The notes beneath the pieces were generated by a model, which did not search any database, was not told the DNA's origin, and saw only the letters and a list, made by a program, of their open reading frames with translations. Both the position numbers and the translations under genes were made by a program. A stretch of DNA of 47,783 nt, from contig NMRA01000869.1 in the NCBI GenBank assembly GCA_002633005.1, forward strand, positions 1 through 47,783. Reading direction: 5' to 3'. This stretch comes from Phoronis australis (lineage: Eukaryota > Animalia > Phoronida). Within the stretch, counting starts at the first letter, position 1, and the number at the start of each line of letters is the position of its first letter. Positions 39,801-47,783 of the stretch are shown in pieces.

Positions 39801-42240
39801 CAATCTTACCTTGAAAGCCAGAACGATTACAAATTTTCGCCTCATTCTGCTTCAATAGCCCTAAAACTCACACCAACGCGTAATGTTGTATTATTGTCCA
39901 ACGCACGCGCTATGAAACTTTTGCGACACAAAAGCACTGTTTATTGCATATAGATCATGTATCGCGAGACTGACATCTTAGTGGCATAGGGAACTAGATC
40001 TTAGTTGGAAGTGTGCAAACTTAACGATTTAAGACTTATTTTGAATACAGTGAAAGGGAGGTGCGATGGAAACTATTTTCAAGATACATTGTACCAGTGC
40101 CATTCCACATATCCTCGTAAATTGATGGGGTAAACTTAGTAGTTCTGGTAGTTCACTTTGTTCTTAAATACGGTCAACCCGCCAAATACGTTGCAAAGGC
40201 TGACATTCTGACTATATCTACATGTAGTAATGTACACAGTAACGTCACACAAAAATGGACTGGGTTCTGCTATGGTGAATATGGGCCAAAATGGCTAACA
40301 AAATGTAGTGTACGTACCCCCATGTGGAATTCAATAACACAAATGGTCATTGCAAATGAAATTATTGCCTTTTAAATAACAACATGGTGCTTATTATCGT
40401 CAAAGAAAAATAAATGGCGATACAACATTATGTTACCATGTGATGCAGAAACAGTGTTGTAGTGTACGTACCCCCTTTTGTAGTGTACGTACCCCCATGT
40501 TTACAAATGCCATGAAAATGAAATATCACTTGGAAAGTGAGCAACATTGGTCATAGACAGTTTCCTTCCTTTAAAATGTTAGGTTAAAAGGATGTTTATT
40601 GCAAACACATTCGTTTTGAGTGAAATATTAGTCGTAGTGTAGTTTACGTACCCCCATATTTCAATTTGTGCCTATTTTCAAAGTATGGTAAAGATAAATA
40701 AATACAAATGGATCTAAAGCAATAGCACAGACATGTCACGTGCGTAACTACTAAGACATCGCAAAACATGAACCTGATGCATTTGACCCGGTAACAGAGA
40801 GATAAGGTTCTACGCACACAGCATCATATTTGAAAGAAAACAGCCAATTTGAAATATCGCCCCGGGACAGTGCGCTTGTAAACACTGTTGCCATGGACAG
40901 TGTGTACTCGTGAGTGAGTCTACATTCAGTGCTTTTCTTGGATTGTATGGTCTGTCAAAAGGTAGTGACTTTAACAATGGTTAAGCTATTTATGTAACAT
41001 GACCTTGGGACAACAGAGACGGTTGTCTTAACCAATGTTTCTTGACTAAGGTCTTGCTGTTTAGCGTCCCGTATAGCAATACCGACCTTTATCCAGCTGA
41101 AATTTTAGGAACACTGAGGGTGGTCTTCTCAGAAGTGAATGTAGACTGCAGGAATTAATTTTCCACTAAGAAATGCGCACATAGACCTACACTCAACAAT
41201 GCCCAAATGCCATGAACCGTGAATACTTGTGAGTCTACATTCACAGCGATTTTCTTGAGCTTGACAAAAGGCGTTTGGTGACAAAGCTATTTGAAGAACA
41301 CGACCTTAGTGAAAATATATACGGTCACCTTAACCAGTCTCGTTTACAATACACCTGGCGAAAACTGTGACATCACTGAAGTCAGTCTTACCCAGAAGTG
41401 ATCGTATACTCTAGGAGTTAACGCTCCACTACCGTAACATGTGTATATAGTTATTCTCCCATCTACATTTTTAGAATGTAAGGATATCTTCAGCCTGACA
41501 TTATATTGCAATGACAATATGGAGGGGAGTCCGAGTCCAGGTGAGGGCTACACTGACCTTGTTATTTCCAGACATATCACAACAGCTCAACCACACCTTC
41601 TAAACACACGTTGGCAACCAAATAGAATTTTTGAGTTGAGACAAGAAAAAAAATGGCGACCAGCTTGTGAAAGTAGTGCATAAACCGGTGGAAGACATAA
41701 AATGTTAGGCAAGGGAGTGATTGATGGTTGGTTTGGTGTGACAACAATGGTTTGGTCTGTCTAACAATCGAGTTTCATAAATGTCCATTGTCAAAAGGTA
41801 TGCATGTAACCAAACGTGCAGAGGTAGACTTTTATTATTTTCTATGAAGTGGTACTCACCCAGGCTCCACCCCTCCTCTGCGGTGATATTGGGAAATTCC
41901 TAGTGCGACTGAATTAAGCCATTTTGCGACAGTACGAGGGTGTAACTTAAAATGTCTTTTGCCAACAACATTGGCATGAAGTGTGGGTCTCAAAACGTTC
42001 ATTAACTTAACAAAGCATTAAGTTGATTGTAAAGTCACGCTGATCGTCGACATAACGTCGCGGGTTACTGAAGCAATCAAACTTCAAAAGCCCGCCCTAA
42101 ATAAACATATTCAGCATACAAGACTTAACGTATATGACAGGGGAGGGGCGAAAAGATGAAATGATTTCTGAGAAAACTCTCACCTTTCTCAATTCTGCCT
42201 TATCGAGTTGTAAACGACATGATTCCTTGTTAGAAGCCAT
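6456..42240 (-). CDS. Whole gene model: ankyrin-repeat + FAM111-like trypsin-fold serine protease, 11 coding exons, 590 aa
   Basis: Exons 42240-42184, 31801-31712, 18779-18684, 18122-18024, 17467-17369, 16841-16740, 12978-12880, 12593-12365, 11249-11022, 8595-8273, 6806-6456. All are bounded by AG/GT with matching intron phases (0,0,0,0,0,0,0,1,1,0) and sum to 1773 nt without an internal stop. Motifs read across junctions, e.g. DVTAVNK|RGETAYDV and NQPVNDT|DFTALLYAA. Confidence 0.8.
8273..8595 (-). CDS. Coding exon 10: protease middle part with the catalytic Asp
   Basis: Acceptor gttcgtttcag|8595 and donor AAG|gtaagt at 8273, phase 1 to 0. Contains YSNEDLDVAVLKL and the FAM111-type FAGHPDGDFKVADIRC segment. 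Confidence 0.9.
11022..11249 (-). CDS. Coding exon 9: protease N-terminal part with the catalytic His
   Basis: Acceptor ttttcttttcttctag|11249 and donor C|gtaagt at 11022, 228 nt, phase 1 to 1. Contains SVALIVGQTGKGSGFRVGPDYVMTNWHVA. Confidence 0.9.
12365..12593 (-). CDS. Coding exon 8: linker between the ankyrin repeats and the protease
   Basis: Acceptor ggttatag|12593 and donor CAG|gtatat at 12365. 229 nt open (NQKKERQGQKRASSAEGAEAKVAPTADPSLELGRSVMHYLRSTGARVPEGWVDINIRAQRREESELGIQGVDIRLS). Phase 0 to 1 bridges its neighbours exactly. Confidence 0.8.
12880..12978 (-). CDS. Coding exon 7: C-capping ankyrin-like repeat
   Basis: 99 nt, phase 0-0, ttttcag| ... GAG|gtacac. Translates RGETAYDVCGKGSNVFFNKITDETIKKIKKILE. 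Confidence 0.85.
16740..16841 (-). CDS. Coding exon 6: ankyrin repeat
   Basis: 102 nt, phase 0-0, tgtag| ... AAG|gtatct. Translates DGNTPVHLASQTGQAAVVELLVHNGSCDVTAVNK. Confidence 0.92.
17369..17467 (-). CDS. Coding exon 5: ankyrin repeat (duplicate of exon 4)
   Basis: 99 nt, phase 0-0, catag| ... CAG|gtaatt. Translates VGRTPLHCAAGCGYTQIVKCLVEHNATVDVRTQ. Confidence 0.9.
18024..18122 (-). CDS. Coding exon 4: ankyrin repeat
   Basis: 99 nt, phase 0-0, catag| ... CAG|gtaatt. Translates WGWTPLHYAAGCGYTQTVKCLVEHNATVDVRTQ. Confidence 0.9.
18684..18779 (-). CDS. Coding exon 3: ankyrin repeat
   Basis: 96 nt, phase 0-0, ttctgcag| ... TGG|gtaata. Translates DFTALLYAARWGHTEVARVLCEAGANVNKQDW. Confidence 0.92.
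25992..26271. mobile_element. Degenerate MITE with CAG..GCGGATC-type termini
   Basis: Left end cagaagcggatcaagg. Right end has a poly-G tract then cctaaatccgtcta. A cleaner right terminus of the same type (cctggatccgcccctg) occurs at 28827-28842. Confidence 0.4.
26963..27877. mobile_element. Putative non-autonomous DNA transposon, about 915 bp
   Basis: Termini cagttccgtagccag and ctggctacggcctg (reverse complement caggccgtagccag). Flanked on both sides by ttggt (26958-26962 and 27878-27882). Confidence 0.45.
31712..31801 (-). CDS. Coding exon 2: N-capping ankyrin-like repeat
   Basis: 90 nt, phase 0-0, tactttcag| ... ACT|gtaagt. Translates VESAVFSGDYSTIVKYVNRGWDVNQPVNDT, which fits the first-repeat pattern A-x-x-x-GD...GxDVN. 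Confidence 0.8.
34261..34480. repeat. Diverged two-copy tandem duplication, unit about 115 bp
   Basis: The blocks gcaagagtt..gggtaggattttt.gcctta..ccatttggaaggc..gagttggtatt..tgagg.atcgtctc occur twice in the same order. Confidence 0.8.
39415..41400. repeat. Three diverged copies of a roughly 250-320 bp unit (about 39415-39660, 40773-41040, 41208-41400)
   Basis: All three copies share tgccatg, ctacattc, ttttctt and caaaagg in the same order. The first two also share tgcatttgaccc, gcacacagcat and gcgcttgta. Confidence 0.7.
40304..40657. repeat. Four copies of an 18-bp motif tgtagtgtacgtaccccc, probably subterminal repeats of a transposon fragment
   Basis: Copies start at 40304, 40458, 40479 and 40638 (the last has one mismatch). 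Confidence 0.75.
41891..41900 (+). promoter_or_regulatory. kappaB consensus motif GGGAAATTCC in intron 1
   Basis: Exact match to the Rel/NF-kB consensus, about 285 bp from the first coding exon. Function not shown. Confidence 0.35.
42184..42240 (-). CDS. Probable first coding exon (MASNKESCRLQLDKAELRK)
   Basis: Strong start context accATGG at 42240 and donor AAG|gtgaga at 42184 in phase 0. It joins exon 2 as ...AELRK|VESAVFSGD. An upstream acceptor tactttcag|42304 suggests a further 5' exon, so the true start could differ. Confidence 0.6.
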
Positions 42241-42862
42241 GGTCAATGTCTGGTCCTTAGAATCCCTGCGGTTCTTCTTCGTCGAGTGAATATTATGCAG
42301 CGAACTGAAAGTACTCCTGAGTGGGTAATTCCAGAAAATTCGATGAGTCATTGCTTAAATAGGTCATTGGCAGCCAACAGGAGGCAGGTTAGGCTTTTAT
42401 CTGACAATACGGTTAGATAACAACTGAAATGTATACTCTGCGCATTTGAACTTAGTGTTAACCTGCACGAATTTTAAATGCAACTTTCACCAATAACAGT
42501 GACACCAGCACTGTGTTGTTATCATAGACATTTTTGTACCATAATTAACTCTGTACAGTACAGCAGCACACGCTCATTCCCGGTCCCTGCTACGCCGCGG
42601 CACACAAAACCCGTCCCCCCGCTCTACTACTGAGGCCTTCGTTGCGCACGTTTCGGCACCGCCTTGGTCTCATGCAGCTAGGAACCAGGTCCCAAGCACA
42701 GTAGAGGTCCTCAATTTAGATTCTTGCTGGACGGGATGTAAGAAATTTCGGTGCCTGTAACGGGGAGCTGAACACCGGGCAAGTGCGTGACCCAAGGCGG
42801 CGTACTCTGTCGTTCAGCAACTATGTGCAGACGTGAGGGATTAACTTTGAACGTGTTTCCTT

Positions 42863-42872
42863 GGGAACTTCC
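42863..42872 (+). promoter_or_regulatory. kappaB consensus motif GGGAACTTCC upstream of coding exon 1
   Basis: Match to GGGRNYYYCC within a GC-richer patch. Function not shown. Confidence 0.3.
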
Positions 42873-43364
42873 TAGCACAGGTCTTTTGCCCCGTATGACG
42901 ACAGGAAGGCCAATTATCTCCCAGGCTTCAAAGGGTGAAACCTGCAAAGCGGGATGAACTGTCTTAATATCGGTTGTAGTTGAAAGATTTTGGTGATTCA
43001 AAAACTCAATATGATCAGCATTTGACAAGAAATTCAGAAATGCTATTGGTTTTATGTTCAAATATGTTATAACTTAACTTTCTTTTTAGCAGCACAGCCC
43101 AGTTGTCGGAGATTAGAGCCGTAATGGTATGTCGACGTCGATAGTCTTCAAACAGCTAAGCGGCTTTCTTAGTTTTCACTTTCAAAAATAGCTGATTACC
43201 GTAAGGTACTTTGTGTCACGGCAGGGTCAAATGCAGTAGTACGAAATGTGTACTGCCTTAGTTGATCGGGGAAGTATCCCTCAGCCGCGTACCTTGCCTA
43301 CTAAAATCTGACAGAAATTCTGATTGAAGGTTTGAACACGGTCTCTTCAACGAAGTATTTCTGC

Positions 43365-43972
43365 CTCGTCCAATCGATGAACACTAATTAATGTTCACTC
43401 ACTTCATGTAATCATGGTGTACAGTTGTAGGTCTAGTGACTCGTCCAATCGAGGAACACTAATTAATGTTCACTCACTTCATGTAATCATGGTGTAGGTC
43501 TAGTCACTTGTCCAGTCGATGAACACTAATTAATGTTCACTCACTTCATGTAATCATGGTGTAGGTCTAGTGACTCGTCCAATCGATGAACACTAATTAA
43601 TGTTCACTCACTTCATGTAATCATGGTGTAGGTCTAGTGACTCGTCCAATCGATGAACACTAATTAATGTTCACTCACTTCTTGTAATCATGGTGTAGGT
43701 CTAGTGACTCGTCCAATCGATGAACACTAATTAATGTTCACTCACTTCATGTAATCATGGTGTAGGTCTAGTGACTCGTCCAATCGATGAACACTAATTA
43801 ATGTTCACTCACTTCATGTAATCATGGTGTAGGTCTAGTGACTCGTCCAATCGATGAACACTAATTAATGTCCACTCACTTCATGTAATCATGGTGTAGG
43901 TCTAGTGACTCGTCCAATCGATGAACACTAATTAATGTCCACTCACTTCATGTAATCATGGTGTAGGTCTAG
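43365..43972. repeat. Minisatellite, 9 copies of a 67-bp unit
   Basis: Unit tcgtccaatcgatgaacactaattaatgttcactcacttcatgtaatcatggtgtaggtctagtgac starts at 43366, 43441, 43508, 43575, 43642, 43709, 43776, 43843 and 43910. The first copy has an 8-bp insertion. There are no unique spacers. Confidence 0.97.
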
Positions 43973-46900
43973 CCATTTCCCTTCCCATTTGCTGCTACAT
44001 GTGAAAGCACGGGTAACGGCTAGCACATGTATAAACCTTAGAACGCGACGACGTTACCCGAAAAATGAACATAAAAACACGCTATTATAACCTTAAGTGA
44101 CGTGATTCGAGACACAGTACGGAGACTAAAGCTTCATCTTTGTACGTCTGTAGCACGCACACTCTAGCGGTTGACTGTGTTAATCTTACAGGTTTTGTAG
44201 GTCTATTTTCGGTTCTGAGAAAAGTTATCCGACAAAACGTACATTCAGTTGAAAGTATAAAACAACAACACAATGAATATGACTCAGAAAAAAATGAGAC
44301 AACTTGAAGTGTTGAAATACGCACAGAAATCACACGGTAGCTGTAAACAGTGTATTACCTCAGTAGACAAAACATGTGACTAAACACCTTTGGTTTTGAG
44401 CTCTACAGGATAACTTCAAAAGAAAAATCTCGATTCCGTTGCACACTATTACTACTGCATCAAACTTTGTCAATTTTATCCAGTCAGCCGTTTGGACAAA
44501 ACTTGAAAACTATAAATTGATAACGGGGGTGATGTTTGAAAATCGACTCTGGGGTGAAGAACGGCGCATTTTCCCACCGCTTTCCTCGTGGTTAGATTTC
44601 CTCTGGATTAGTTGGAGTGACGTCACAGGCAGATCAATATTATACCACTATTCAGTTACCTGCTCCACCGTCTCACATACCCGCATTCAGCGTTGAATCG
44701 CAGCGACCTCTAGATTTTTTGGAAGAAGGCGGAGACAGTACGATGGAGATTTCGTCATGGATTCTAATGACAAATTATTGGGTCTTTGCAATCGTAAGGT
44801 GCATACGCCGCTGCTGCATTCAGCAGCAACATATAGTACTGTCGTAATGTGATCCGATGTATGATGTTGTCCCGAGTGTCCCGCGGCAAGAGTTGGACGA
44901 TGTAGGGTTAGTGACACTATTGATGAAGGGTGACGTGTACTCTACAGGTTACACGTGTCATTGATATTGTCACCCTCTTTGCCATCACTCCACCTTCCCA
45001 GACTAGGACCACGATGATGATCAGACCCACTTGCCCGAGCATGGCTTACTGTGTAATTTCTAGAGTACTTCATTAAACCAAACAGTCCTTTAATATCCAC
45101 TGGATACTTCCCAAAAAGCTGTTCACTATCGGTCTCATGTAACATTGCTTGAATAAAATCGATTTCTTAGAAAGTATAATAGGTGATATCTATGATTGAA
45201 TTGCTATAGCCTTTCCTCCTGCGACTGCCTTCGAAACATTGCATGTATGCTTAACTTGAAAAATCAAGCCCATATAATGTGAATACCATAACCAGGAAAA
45301 TATGTGTCGCAGAACCGTCCCGACCATCATTGTCTTAGGTACTTGGCGTCACAGTTGATTACCAGCGATAGATTTAGACAGTGATGACATATGGCTGAAA
45401 CTTGTCTGAGTACACGTTTGTAAGGCAGCCACAGTGAAATATGACCAAATTAGTGCGAGACGGTTTTGGAATTAGTCAGTTTCGCTAGAAGCTGAACCAT
45501 TTACCCAATGCAGTATTAACAAGATTTGTAGGAAAATACATGATTTCCCAAAAAACTAAAAGGGCCAAACGAATTGAAGCGCTTCGGTCCTGGTTAAAAC
45601 TTCTGCTAAAGCATCGCTGTCAGACGGTGAATCTTCACTTGTACCGGACGACATGCCAGCACATTTTTGTGATCGCAAAAAAACAATCGTTAAACGGAAG
45701 TACACAACGCGACAGACTCGTTTTTAACGCTGATCCTTTAAATAACCTGGGCATTAACGCCTTTCGCAGCAGTACCATTTTTGACAACCATTATTTTGGT
45801 TCATGTTTCGGGGGTGGAGCATTTCATTGCAGGTGGTAATACCGTGGACTAAATCGGACCATACATAAGTTGAGCTCCATTTTACTTTCACCCCCACAAA
45901 CATGGCCTAAAAGCATAAGGAAGGCTTAGGGGTTACTTGAATTTTTTAGATTTGAGCTGAAAATGACGTAAAAACGTATTAATAATTTTGTATATTTTAT
46001 TTTAGACAGCTCAATTTGAACAAACCCAACAGCTACATAAACCCCCTTTATATCAAAGAAAGACACTTTCGTTTCAAACTATTTGCCACAACTGATTATA
46101 ACTTGTTCTTTTCCCAAATGATGGTTGCAGTGGGTTTAGAATGCAATACTTCGTCATTACCCGGGACCGTGAGCAGCGACACTTGTGGAGATAATACAAC
46201 TTGTTTAGACTCACAGGTCTCTAAAAACAACCAATTGCCCAGTTCTTTCCATGCCCAGACTTCGCCTCTAATACCATCTGTATCCACCAGATATAAGGCT
46301 GTTGGTGACTAATAACGTCTGTCGCAACTATTATGTGTCAGATTTAGAGTTACAGGATATTTACAAAACTATTTCAAAAAAGTTCGTTTGGAGTTCATAA
46401 TACTCCATACAAGAGAGTTCACAGTTAGTTTTACACTACAACATACAAAATGATTTTGAAGCAATGCTGATTCACCAGTTACACACCACCATCAACCCCT
46501 TCTAAATACAATTGCATAGGCAAACTTCCTGAAGATATCCTATAGTTGCTAGGCAACAATGAATAACACTGTCAGAAGTGTAGCTCAGTAGACAGGGACC
46601 TTTAAATGAGAAGTCTCTATATAAAGACACACTTAAGCATCAAACAACCAACTAATAACCTCTGCAATGTCAGTGTACTGACTATTGTAAAATCATCAAA
46701 GGTGTCTGAGTTAAAACACAAGTCAGTGGTTGATAAGGTGATACCATTTGAATAACTGCTGTAACATCAACCCCAGCTTTAAGACTATTTTCACATCTTC
46801 AATACACGTGTCAAGTACAGACAGGATTTTGTGGCAACCCTCTTCAAAATGCGTAACTCCCAGCTACCTCTGAACAATGTTTTTTAAAATGTTTATTACG

Positions 46901-47459
46901 AAATCTCCGATACAATGAATATACATAACACAGAAAGCGCGAAGATGCATTATATCTGGGTTAAAAAGTACAAAGAAATCTATATACAATTACTTTACAC
47001 AAATACATAAAGAAATAAATCTGTATACAATTATTTTACACAAATACATCAATTAAAAAAAATTGTTGTTAAGATTACAATGACATATGATTGCGAAAGT
47101 AAATAAATCATTTTCATTCAAATTGATCAGTACAATTCTATCCACTCAAAGAAAGAGATTTTATATTATAAAGAAATTTTGATACTATTTCGAATAAAAC
47201 CTTATTTTCATTTGGGTTGAGTTCTTGACTTCCATATAGAAAACAAGAGCAACGTGGAGCGTTGAAATGCGCCCACAATTGCACCGTATACGGTATCCTT
47301 CTAGGGTTGTTTATTGGTACCATAAAGTGGCCAGTAGATGGCATATATGTAGTATGTTGTACTTTGCAAAATGGAAAGGCATGGTCATTATCTCCTCAAT
47401 AGGATAGGGGCAAAATGTTTGTTTGATAGAGGGGTGGAATCCAAAAAACAGACTCCAAA

Positions 47460-47783
47460 ACAGTAAAAATGGCCACTGGGTGTCGCAAACTAGGTCGAAT
47501 CCATCCGAAAACCGGAGGACAGCGTCATTGCACTAATACATGTAGGTGCCTACATACCAAATTTCATGAAAATCCCTTAAGGACTTGTGAAGATGCAGAG
47601 GTAAACGTAAAAAAATAAAATTGCCACTGGGGGCACACTGGTAGGCGGATCCGTCCAAAAGTCGTCATTGTCTGTTGTTATCATCATATAAATACACTTA
47701 TTAAATTTCATAAAGATCCTGCGAACGGTTTAGGAGATACAGCCATAGGCGCAAAAAAACAAAACCGCCACTAGGAGGCGCCA
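47460..47783. repeat. Diverged roughly 145-150 bp units of an interspersed element, truncated by the window end
   Basis: aaaa..gccact at 47472, 47623 and 47767; aaatttcat at 47559 and 47703; atcc.tcc.aaa in both complete units. Confidence 0.6.

Noticed and set aside
42711-42941. Terminal coding exon of another minus-strand gene (VSPFEAWEIIGLP...SKNLN*)
   Set aside because: An acceptor-like site exists, but there is no recognisable domain or convincing upstream exons. It may be UTR or promoter sequence.
43365-43972. CRISPR array (regular repeats with an internal palindrome)
   Set aside because: Units are contiguous and near-identical with no unique spacers, there are no cas genes, and the context is eukaryotic.

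Overview
AT-rich, intron-containing animal genomic DNA, most likely from a marine invertebrate (inferred from GT-AG exons, MITE/SINE remnants and the absence of operons). Almost all entries in the six-frame ORF track are chance ORFs. Manual splicing recovers two convergent genes. (1) A minus-strand gene with 11 coding exons spans 42240 to 6456 (1773 nt, 590 aa, all junctions phase-compatible). It encodes about 6 N-terminal ankyrin repeats, one per exon, then a basic linker, then a C-terminal FAM111-like trypsin-fold serine protease with an intact His/Asp/Ser triad. One ankyrin exon has been duplicated recently. (2) A plus-strand exon at 76-188 encodes an RFRR processing site followed by a 29-aa six-cysteine CS-alpha-beta defensin-like peptide; its signal-peptide exon must lie upstream of the window. 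Around exon 1 of the protease gene are kappaB-like and IRF-like motifs and a 9 x 67-bp minisatellite. Its putative 3' UTR consists largely of a MITE-like hairpin and a tRNA-derived SINE. The remainder is intronic or intergenic DNA with degraded non-autonomous transposon fragments. No CRISPR array, rRNA or intact tRNA was seen.
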